Notes: generated by a model not told the origin, from the letters alone. Counted from the stretch's first letter, positions 1 through 6,709 are shown. The stretch: 14,714 nucleotides of DNA from a bacterium (GCA_037444445.1 JBBIMK010000037.1:1-14714); one strand, 5' to 3'. Made by a program: numbers and translations.

Positions 1-134
1 ACAGCATTATATACGAAATCAATATAATTAGAATCCGGGTCGGTGATGCGGGTGACAAGGCTCAAGCCGTTATACTGATACGAGACCGTTTTACCGGAGG
101 AGTAAGTGATGGAAGGTCCGATGCTTGAATTCAT
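1..134 (-). CDS. YD/RHS-repeat protein, N-terminal fragment (continues beyond left edge)
   Basis: Hand translation of the minus strand from ATG 134..132 gives MNSSIGPSITYSSGKTVSYQYNGLSLVTRITDPDSNYIDFVYNAV. It is open to the window edge, with in-frame TAA and TGA immediately upstream. The G-x4-Y-x-Y-(D/N)-x2-G-x-L ... TDP ... Y-x-(D/F)-x-Y-(D/N) spacing is typical of YD repeats. It is shorter than the ORF-track cutoff, so it is not listed there. Confidence 0.4.
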   Translation of the reverse strand, partial: MNSSIGPSITYSSGKTVSYQYNGLSLVTRITDPDSNYIDFVYNA

Positions 135-140
135 GTCTCA

Positions 141-299
141 TTACTTCGGGAGCTCGTCGTTCTTAGAGGTGAGAATAAGGAAGAACATCACGAAGAGTGC
201 GGTAAGGCGGATGGCTTTCTGGGCACTCCAGGGGATAGCATCTGTAAGGCCAGTCAGCGATAAAACAGTAATTAGTTCAAGAATTTTACGGAGAATCAA
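141..299 (-). CDS. hypothetical 52-aa small membrane protein
   Basis: Hand translation from TTG 299..297 gives MILRKILELITVLSLTGLTDAIPWSAQKAIRLTALFVMFFLILTSKNDELPK, ending at TAA 143..141. The start overlaps the CPBP stop as TTGA. There are two hydrophobic stretches, and the stop lies 6 nt before the YD-repeat ATG. No recognisable domain; an alternative in-frame GTG lies at 320. Confidence 0.2.
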   Translation of the reverse strand: MILRKILELITVLSLTGLTDAIPWSAQKAIRLTALFVMFFLILTSKNDELPK

Positions 300-1051
300 T
301 TCTTCCCCCGTCCGAGCCACATAGGTATATAAGGAAGGATATTATAAGGGTCTGGTGCCATAAACAGCTGGCTTGCAGTAGCGAGAAAGTGTATTAATGT
401 TACTGATGCTAAATTACCCCTCCACAGAAATATAGCACCCAGGAGCAGGGCATCTAAGCCGATGTAAATCATACCTGCAAGCCCCTGATAAAAATGAACT
501 ACCATAAAAAAAGTCACGGAAAGTGCCAGTGCAGTTTTCCAGCTTTTCGTAAGGTCTTTAACCCAGGTGATGAGGACGCCGCGGTAAATTAGCTCCTGCC
601 AGAGTGCGCTCGTGAAAGTATTGAGCAAGTAGGTAGGAACGCTCCAAAACTCTTTAGGGTTCCAAGAAATATACATGTATCCACGCTGCTCTATCCCTTG
701 ATACCAGTGTGTTCCACTAAACAGCCATGATAAAGCGGTAAAACCTCCATACCATATTCCATAAGACACCACCATTCCGCAAAAGGACACCAGGAACTCA
801 CTTTTTACTGAGAACTTCCTAAATCCAACTTTTGCCAGCGCATCTGGGTTCGGGCATAATAGAGTCATAATAACAAAGATTTCTGCTGCGTCCTTTAGAG
901 CGCCGAGGCTATTCATCTCAGCATAATTGTTGGGGTTCACAGGGAAAATTATGATGAGAAATCCAAGGGTAAAAAGCATTAACCTGACGAACTTTGGGTG
1001 CTTGAACCAGACGACTTTTATTATAGATGAGGGCGTGGCTCTCATTTTCAT
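296..1051 (-). CDS. CPBP family (CAAX/Abi) intramembrane protease-like protein
   Basis: Multi-pass hydrophobic protein carrying the three CPBP motifs in the canonical order: WQELIYRG (EExxxR-type), FFMVVHF (FxxxH) and LIHFLAT (HxxxN-type). I place the start at ATG 1051..1049 (MKMRATPSS...), 4 nt after the upstream gene's TAG (1058..1056). The track's 5' extension to 1330 overlaps the better-looking upstream ORF. Confidence 0.8.
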   Translation of the reverse strand: MKMRATPSSIIKVVWFKHPKFVRLMLFTLGFLIIIFPVNPNNYAEMNSLGALKDAAEIFVIMTLLCPNPDALAKVGFRKFSVKSEFLVSFCGMVVSYGIWYGGFTALSWLFSGTHWYQGIEQRGYMYISWNPKEFWSVPTYLLNTFTSALWQELIYRGVLITWVKDLTKSWKTALALSVTFFMVVHFYQGLAGMIYIGLDALLLGAIFLWRGNLASVTLIHFLATASQLFMAPDPYNILPYIPMWLGRGKN

Positions 1052-1055
1052 TTCC

Positions 1056-1514
1056 CTATTCCTGGGGAAGTACCAATTCGTCGAACCAGCACCAAATGCG
1101 TGTGCCGTTCGGGTTACCCGAGGAGTCAGTTTCCTCGCAGTGGTAGTCGGTCGGTTGGAAATATCCATCTCCATCTGCGTCGTTAAGCAGAATTGCCCAG
1201 TTGTCAGGGCCAAAATTACAAGTATAGTTTCCTTCGCCGTTGTCCTGCCAAACGCCTTCGTTTTCCGTGCAGTCGCCAGTCGCCACAGAGATGGACTCAA
1301 AGGTGCAAAGGATGTGGTTATTGCCGTCAAAATCTGATGAGCACCACACCTCTCCGTCTGAGTTTTTCACCCAGCCATCGCTGTTGGTATCGCGAAGTTG
1401 GATGTAATAGTCCACATCATCCATGGGGTGGTATGCGGACATATGTATTGTCTTCACCACGCAAATCCACCCAAAATCGCGCACGTAGACCAGTTCACGT
1501 GTGCTTTTCTGCAC
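1056..1514 (-). CDS. Cys/Asp/Asn-rich secreted-domain protein (3' segment of a frameshifted lipoprotein gene)
   Basis: 152-aa ORF with 7 Cys and DxDxDG-like acidic loops (DTNSDGW, KNSDGEVW, NDADGDGY). It has no signal peptide or SD of its own, and a TAG lies directly upstream of its GTG. It overlaps the lipoprotein leader ORF by 61 nt in a different frame. Confidence 0.55.
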   Translation of the reverse strand: MQKSTRELVYVRDFGWICVVKTIHMSAYHPMDDVDYYIQLRDTNSDGWVKNSDGEVWCSSDFDGNNHILCTFESISVATGDCTENEGVWQDNGEGNYTCNFGPDNWAILLNDADGDGYFQPTDYHCEETDSSGNPNGTRIWCWFDELVLPQE

Positions 1515-1627
1515 CTAGCAACGAGGTCCGCTGGTGGTGGCGGCGGTGATCCTGGTGGCCTCTTTTCGCAGGCCACAATCACAGCGCACAACCCGAGTAA
1601 AAGTGCTACTATTTTTAACTTCTTCAA
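1454..1627 (-). CDS. lipoprotein signal peptide plus Pro-rich linker (5' segment of the frameshifted gene)
   Basis: A near-perfect SD, AAGGAGGTG (1642..1634), lies 6 nt before TTG 1627..1625. The product MKKLKIVALLLGLCAVIVAC-EKRPPGSPPPPPADLV has a basic N-terminus, a hydrophobic core and a lipobox-like IVAC. The frame then ends after only 37 more residues. Confidence 0.55.
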   Translation of the reverse strand: MKKLKIVALLLGLCAVIVACEKRPPGSPPPPPADLVARCRKAHVNWSTCAILGGFAW

Positions 1628-1632
1628 ATGTA

Positions 1633-2001
1633 TCACCTCCTTGATAAGTATACCATGAGAAACCACGCCCTTTGATTTATGTCCTTGCCAGATAAAGAAA
1701 ATTCAGGAGTCAAAAACCGTTCATAAGGATGAATAATGTTCAGCAGAGGGGGAGGGTCTAACAGGTGCTGAATCTGCTGGAGAACATTCATCGCAACCGC
1801 TGGCAGAACATCCTCCTTCACTTCATCCGATAGTTTCATCCGCAGGGCTTTCGGGGGATGCCCTGTGCGAAACCCCTTATGGTGGAAATTCTTGATTCTG
1901 TCCTTCAGAGACGCCTGATAGATGGGCAGGATATGGTGAGCCTTCACGATGACTTTCAAAGAATCCTCGTGGGGCTCTCGTTTCACATATTCCGCCTTCA
2001 A
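1633..2001 (-). CDS. standalone trigger factor N-terminal (ribosome-binding) domain protein
   Basis: The 122-aa product contains the exact TF signature GFRxGxxP (KGFRTGHPP). The TF-like context VKAHHILPIYQASLKDRIKNFHHKGFRTGHPPKALRMKLSDEVKEDVLPAVAMNVLQQ aligns to E. coli Tig residues ~15-80. It stops where the PPIase domain would begin. Start is TTG 2001 or GTG 1986. Confidence 0.65.
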   Translation of the reverse strand: MKAEYVKREPHEDSLKVIVKAHHILPIYQASLKDRIKNFHHKGFRTGHPPKALRMKLSDEVKEDVLPAVAMNVLQQIQHLLDPPPLLNIIHPYERFLTPEFSLSGKDINQRAWFLMVYLSRR

Positions 2002-2195
2002 AAGGAAGGGGTGGCGGGAGGAGAAGGGAGAAGCCCTGGACTCTGGACGGTAGACTCTGGCCCCTTTCCGCTGTCTTCCTCGCTATGCTCCTTTTCTACC
2101 GGCGCATCAGGATGGGCGGCGAGGCGGTGAAAAGCCCGCTGAAGTGGACCTGCTATGAACGAGCCCCACGCCCGAAATTTTTGAACCAGCCCCAT
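1998..2195 (-). CDS. hypothetical 65-aa Pro/Ser/Gly-rich protein (possibly only a leader region)
   Basis: ATG 2195 is preceded by AAAGGA about 9 nt upstream. The stop overlaps the next gene's TTG as TTGA (1998-2001). The sequence is low complexity with no domain recognised. Confidence 0.25.
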   Translation of the reverse strand: MGLVQKFRAWGSFIAGPLQRAFHRLAAHPDAPVEKEHSEEDSGKGPESTVQSPGLLPSPPATPSF

Positions 2196-2219
2196 TCTTC
2201 TTATCCTTTCTCACCCTCC

Positions 2220-2249
2220 ATTATAAATTTAGATAAAAGAGCTGGTCAG
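2220..2249 (-). promoter_or_regulatory. putative sigma70-type promoter for the minus-strand operon
   Basis: On the minus strand there is a perfect TATAAT (2225..2220) with cTGACc/TGACCA (2249..2243) 17-18 nt upstream. It sits about 25 nt upstream of ATG 2195. Confidence 0.3.
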
Positions 2250-2342
2250 GTGAGGAGCCAACGGAGCTGGTAACCGGGGAGTTGGGCTTCGCTCACGAGA
2301 TTAAGAGAACTACGCCTGAAAAGAAGGGCTTTCTTCGCCCTC

Positions 2343-2371
2343 TTGCATTCATTCCAAAAGTTTCGTAAAAT
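2343..2371 (+). promoter_or_regulatory. putative promoter of the gspE-like gene
   Basis: TTGCAT (2343-2348), a 17-nt spacer, then TAAAAT (2366-2371). The -10 ends only 10 nt before ATG 2382, and no SD lies in between. Confidence 0.3.
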
Positions 2372-2381
2372 AATTTTAGAT

Positions 2382-4028
2382 ATGGGGATTAAGCCACTGG
2401 GAGAACTTTTGGTGGAGACAGGAATTATAACGCCTCAACAGTTAGAACTGGCTTTGAAGGAGCAGAGCAGGACGGGAAAATTGCTGGGAGAAATTCTGGA
2501 GCATCTGGGGTTCGCCACCAAGATTCAAATCATCAAATCACTGGCTCTTCAGGGAGGAAATCCGTATATAGACCTGAAGTCCGCCATCCTGGATGTAGAG
2601 ACCCTGGGACGGTTTCCTCCTGCCCTCCTGAAAATGGCCAAGGCCCTTCCCCTCTGGCTTCTGGAAAATTCCATCGCTATCGCAATCCAGAATCCCTCTA
2701 ATGTGATGATGGTGGACCGGCTCCGGGAACTGGCAAAGCGAGAGTTGTTCCTTTATACAGCGGATGAGAAAGAGATTTCTACCTTCCAGGACATCCTGTT
2801 AGGTGAGGTGGCAATGACCCCGGTGCCTGAAACCGGTGAACTCCTTCGCCGGAAGGCGCCGGAATCTCTCATTACTCCACAGGAAAGGACCGCCTTCCGC
2901 ACCTTCCACCAGATGATGGTGGAAGCCCTGCAACGGAAGGCATCGGAGGTTCATGTGGAGCCGGATGGCACGGTGGTTCGGATTCGCTATCGCATTGAGG
3001 AAAGTATGCATCAGGGACCGATTCTTGCCCGTTCCTATCACCCCTATCTGTTGAACTGGATACGCCAGTTTTCTCGCATCAAGCCGGAGGATCCTCTGCC
3101 TCAGGAAAGCGTCGTGAAGTTTATCTCTTTCAACCGAGAATTTGACCTGAGGGTTTCTATCTATCCTACGGTGCAGGGTGAGAAGGTCTTTTTGCGTCCC
3201 CAGGAGAAAGGCACCGCACTTCTGGAGTTGCCCCAGTTAGGATTCACGGAGGAACAGTTAAAGAGAGTGACGCAGGGAGTGAACTCTCCCTCGGGCGTGG
3301 TGCTGGTGGTGGGCCCAGCCGCCTCAGGGAAGACTACCACCCTGTATGCTTTAACTCTGGAAGCCTCTTCTATGGAGAAAAATGTCACCACGGTGGAAGA
3401 CCCCGTAGAGGTTCAACTGGCTCACATCACGCAAATCAACCTGATGGAGAAAGAAGGGGTGAGCCTCTCTTCCATCCTTCGTCTTCTCCTTCGTCAGCAT
3501 ACCGATGTGATTATGATTAGCGAGATTCGGGATAAGGAAAGCGCCCAGTTAGCCATGCGGACGGCAGTGAATGGCGCCCTGGTGATGGCAGGCTTCTCTG
3601 CCTCCGATGCCGCCGATGCGTTGATGCAACTGATGGGTATGGGGGTGGACCCTTATTTTATCGCTTATACGATGAATCTCATCATTGCTCAGCGGCTGGT
3701 CCGAAAAATTTGCGAGCACTGCCGAGAACCCTACGAGATTACACCTTCTGCCTTCGTAGAATGGGAAGTGGAAGAACATCCAGTGACCCTGTATAAGGGG
3801 CGAGGATGCGATAGTTGTGGCGGAACCGGATACACGGGCAGAACCGCCATCTTTGAAGTCTTTGAGATGAATGACGATGTCCGCAGGCAACTGGATAAAT
3901 CTCTCCCTCACGAAAAACTCCGCAAACTCATTCGGGATAGTGGAACGCAACTTTTGGTTCAGAATGGCCTACAGAAAGCCTTCCAGGGCATCATATCTAT
4001 GGAAGAAGTGATTCGGGTGCTCCGATAA
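2382..4028 (+). CDS. gspE: GspE/PilB-family type II secretion / type IV pilus assembly ATPase (divergent)
   Basis: N-terminal T2SSE_N/MshEN-like repeats are present (PLGELLVETGIITPQQLELALKEQ; LLGEILEHLGFATKIQIIKSLALQ). Also present are Walker A GPAASGKTT, Asp box TTVEDPVE, Walker B DVIMISEIRD and the tetracysteine CEHC...CDSC. I prefer ATG 2382 over the track's TTG 2343, which coincides with the putative -35. Confidence 0.9.
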   Translation: MGIKPLGELLVETGIITPQQLELALKEQSRTGKLLGEILEHLGFATKIQIIKSLALQGGNPYIDLKSAILDVETLGRFPPALLKMAKALPLWLLENSIAIAIQNPSNVMMVDRLRELAKRELFLYTADEKEISTFQDILLGEVAMTPVPETGELLRRKAPESLITPQERTAFRTFHQMMVEALQRKASEVHVEPDGTVVRIRYRIEESMHQGPILARSYHPYLLNWIRQFSRIKPEDPLPQESVVKFISFNREFDLRVSIYPTVQGEKVFLRPQEKGTALLELPQLGFTEEQLKRVTQGVNSPSGVVLVVGPAASGKTTTLYALTLEASSMEKNVTTVEDPVEVQLAHITQINLMEKEGVSLSSILRLLLRQHTDVIMISEIRDKESAQLAMRTAVNGALVMAGFSASDAADALMQLMGMGVDPYFIAYTMNLIIAQRLVRKICEHCREPYEITPSAFVEWEVEEHPVTLYKGRGCDSCGGTGYTGRTAIFEVFEMNDDVRRQLDKSLPHEKLRKLIRDSGTQLLVQNGLQKAFQGIISMEEVIRVLR

Positions 4029-5236
4029 TGCCCACCTACTCGTATTCCGCTGTTGACGCCACTGGAAGAGAAGTCGTCGGCTACATTAAAGCCGATTCTC
4101 CTGAAGCGGTGGAAGAGCGCCTCATTTCCCTGGAGATGTACCCCCTGTCCATTCAAGAAAGCCGGCCGAAAAAAGGGGTTCCTCTGCCGTTTTTCCGCCG
4201 CGGGGTGAGCCTGCGCCTCCTGATTGATTTCACCTCTTCCCTGTCCACTGTCATCGGAAGCGGTATGCCCCTTCTGGAGGGGCTTAAGGCGATAAGCGAG
4301 CAGTTAAAGAACCCCGCCTTCGCTGCGGTGATTGATGACATCGTCCGAGCCGTCTCCGCAGGTGAATCCCTCGCCCGCTCCCTGTCTTACCATACCGAAG
4401 TCTTCCCGGAGTTCTACACCAATGTGGTAAAAGCAGGGGAAGAAGGGGGTAAGTTGCAGATGGTGCTGGATGACCTGACCCGGCTCCTGGAAAATCAGGA
4501 AGAAATTCGCTCCCGCATCAAAGAAGCCATGATGTATCCCGCCGTCGTGCTGACTCTACTGGCGGGGCTGATTTTCATCTTCCTTTCTTTCGTCCTCCCC
4601 AAATTGTTTGTCGTCATCCAGGATATTGGCGCTCCCATTCCCCCGCTCACCCGTGCCACCATCGCTGTTTCTTCCTTCTTCCAGCACTACTGGTATATCA
4701 TCCTTATCACGATTTTTTTCCTCCCCATCCTGTACCGGATGGCGATGAGGTATCCCCCGACACGGTTCTTTCTGGATGGTCTAAAGTTGCAGATGATTAT
4801 CATTGGTCCTGTGCTGTGGATGATTTCCATCGCGCGCTTCTCTCGCTATCTGGCGATTTTCTCCAGAGCCGGAATCCTGGTGACCCAATCTCTGGTGATG
4901 ACTTCTAAAGTGATTGGCAACAGCGTAATAGAAAGGGATGTGCTGGAAATACGGGAGCGGGTCATTGAAGGAGGCTTGCTCTCCAAAGCCTTTGAGAAAA
5001 GCAACTTCCTTCCCCCTATGACTGTGCTGATGACTCGCGTGGGCGAAGAATCGGGTGAACTGGAAAAAATGCTGGATTATGTGGCAGACTACTACGAGCG
5101 GGAAGCGAATAAAGCCATCAAGCGCGCCCTCGCCCTTCTGGAACCCATGTTAATACTTCTCGTTGCTGTTATCGTAGGTATGGCTCTGGCGAGCGTCATC
5201 CTCCCCATTTACTCCCTTTATAACTACATCAAGTAG
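4028..5236 (+). CDS. gspF: GspF/PilC-family inner-membrane platform protein
   Basis: Typical N-terminus MPTYSYSAVDATGREVVGYIKADSPEAVEERL. There are two T2SSF-type repeats (GMPLLEGLKAI... and GGLLSKAFEK...) with three hydrophobic segments. The ATG overlaps the gspE TAA by 1 nt (ATAATG). Confidence 0.9.
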   Translation: MPTYSYSAVDATGREVVGYIKADSPEAVEERLISLEMYPLSIQESRPKKGVPLPFFRRGVSLRLLIDFTSSLSTVIGSGMPLLEGLKAISEQLKNPAFAAVIDDIVRAVSAGESLARSLSYHTEVFPEFYTNVVKAGEEGGKLQMVLDDLTRLLENQEEIRSRIKEAMMYPAVVLTLLAGLIFIFLSFVLPKLFVVIQDIGAPIPPLTRATIAVSSFFQHYWYIILITIFFLPILYRMAMRYPPTRFFLDGLKLQMIIIGPVLWMISIARFSRYLAIFSRAGILVTQSLVMTSKVIGNSVIERDVLEIRERVIEGGLLSKAFEKSNFLPPMTVLMTRVGEESGELEKMLDYVADYYEREANKAIKRALALLEPMLILLVAVIVGMALASVILPIYSLYNYIK

Positions 5237-5262
5237 GGAAGGGGAATAGCAACGGACTGCGT

Positions 5263-5291
5263 TTGGAGGGTTAATTCTTTTTCTGTATAAA
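5263..5291 (+). promoter_or_regulatory. putative promoter upstream of murG
   Basis: TTGGAG (5263-5268), a 17-nt spacer, then TATAAA (5286-5291), followed by SD GGAGAAGGGGAAAAGGA and ATG 5315. Confidence 0.25.
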
Positions 5292-5314
5292 AACCTCGGA
5301 GAAGGGGAAAAGGA

Positions 5315-6409
5315 ATGAACTTGCTCATTTCCGGCGGTGGAACAGGGGGGCACATTTTCCCTGCCCTTGCGGTCTGGAAAGCCTTGAAGCAATTAAACCC
5401 CGATAGTCAGTGCTTCTGGCTCATCACCCGGAGAGGAGAGGGGCGTATCCTGGAAAGAGAAGGGCTGGAGTATTACGAACTGCCGGTCCAGCCCCTGCAG
5501 GTGCGTCCCGGCTCCGTTTCCACCCTCCTCCAATCCTGTGTTCAAGCCCTGAGAATTCTTCAGCAGAGGAAACCCACCGCCTGCCTGGGAACGGGTGGCT
5601 ACGCCAGCCTTCCGGGCATCCTGACTTCCCTCACCCTGGGCGTGCCCGTGGTGTTGCTTGAGCAGAATGTTCTGCCCGGGAAAGCCACCCGATTTCTCTC
5701 CCCCTGGGCTTATGCCGTGTGCGTCAGTTATCCCGAGACGGTCCAATATCTGCCGGAGCGAGCACGAATTGAGGTCACAGGGAATCCTATCCGGGAAGAA
5801 GTGCGTAAAACGGGAAGGACGGAAGCAGGGGCGCATTTCGGCCTGCGGGATGAAACCCTTCACCTGCTTATCAGCGGCGGGAGCCAGGGCGCTTCTGCCA
5901 TCAATCACGCAGTCGTGAACGCTTTTGAAACAGGTGCCCGCTTACCTCACTTCCAGCACTTCAGGGTAAGAGAACAGGTTGAAATCCTGCATCAAACTGG
6001 TTCAGCGGATGAAGAGGTCATAAAGAAAGCGTGGAGGGAAATGGGTATTTCTGCGGTGGTGAAAGCCTTTTTTGACGATATGCCGCTGGCTCTGGCTTCA
6101 GCCGATATTCTCATTGGACGCGCAGGTGCTTCCACCCTCGCCGAGATGGCAACCCAGGGCTTGCCTTCCATCCTCATTCCCTACCCCTACGCAGGTGGGC
6201 ATCAGGAAGAAAATGCCAGGTATTTTGAAAAACATTCTGCCGCTGTGGTGATTCTTCAAAAAGAAGGGTGGGAGAAAAAACTAACCGAAGCCTTATGGAT
6301 GCTCCTGACTGATGAGAATCATCGAACAAAACTCTCTGAGAGAGTAAAAGCCCTGGCTCGTCCTCAAGCGGCCGAAGCCATCGCCCGCTTCCTCCTCAGT
6401 GTGGGCTAA
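5315..6409 (+). CDS. murG: undecaprenyldiphospho-muramoylpentapeptide beta-N-acetylglucosaminyltransferase
   Basis: N-terminal ISGGGTGGHIFPALAV glycine loop, GRAGASTLAEMATQGLPSILIPYPYAGGHQEENARYF donor-binding region, about 360 aa. Confidence 0.9.
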   Translation: MNLLISGGGTGGHIFPALAVWKALKQLNPDSQCFWLITRRGEGRILEREGLEYYELPVQPLQVRPGSVSTLLQSCVQALRILQQRKPTACLGTGGYASLPGILTSLTLGVPVVLLEQNVLPGKATRFLSPWAYAVCVSYPETVQYLPERARIEVTGNPIREEVRKTGRTEAGAHFGLRDETLHLLISGGSQGASAINHAVVNAFETGARLPHFQHFRVREQVEILHQTGSADEEVIKKAWREMGISAVVKAFFDDMPLALASADILIGRAGASTLAEMATQGLPSILIPYPYAGGHQEENARYFEKHSAAVVILQKEGWEKKLTEALWMLLTDENHRTKLSERVKALARPQAAEAIARFLLSVG

Positions 6410-6709
6410 ACTGCAACAACTGGAACAATGATTCATTCTTCCCTTCTATCTTTTTCACTCCTCTATGACAACTGTTCCCGGATGCTACCCACCTTTCAGG
6501 CAGGCTCCGTTTCCATCCCTTTTCAGGATTTGGTGGATGCATCTCCTGAAATCCCGATTATCTTACACCATTTCCATTCTCAAACTTGCATTTTCTACCA
6601 CGATAGGTTATCTCCCCACAGGAAGGCGAAGGATGAATTTGCCCGGGTCGTGGATGAAAATGATGGCGGCGAGATTCTTCATTTTGCACGGGGTGCTTCC
6701 CTCAGAATG

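Noticed and set aside
106-324. 72-aa plus-strand ORF at the left edge
   Set aside because: It is antisense to the YD-repeat start, the mini-ORF and the CPBP 3' end, with no SD or motif.
1052-1330. 5' extension of the CPBP ORF (track ORF 296-1330), and the plus-strand ORFs 927-1337 and 1193-1549
   Set aside because: The extension translates to Thr/Arg/Ala-rich noise and overlaps the Cys/Asp-rich ORF, which looks like a real domain. An ATG at 1051 lies right after that ORF's stop. The plus-strand ORFs are antisense shadows.
2343-2381. TTG 2343 as the gspE start
   Set aside because: The TTG coincides with the putative -35 hexamer. The conserved N-domain begins just after ATG 2382, so the extension adds 13 unconserved residues.
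5393-5908. 171-aa minus-strand ORF and several plus-strand off-frame ORFs inside murG; likewise 6971-7321 and 7430-7945 inside lysA, and 2799-3950 inside gspE
   Set aside because: These are antisense or off-frame relative to genes with unambiguous motifs.
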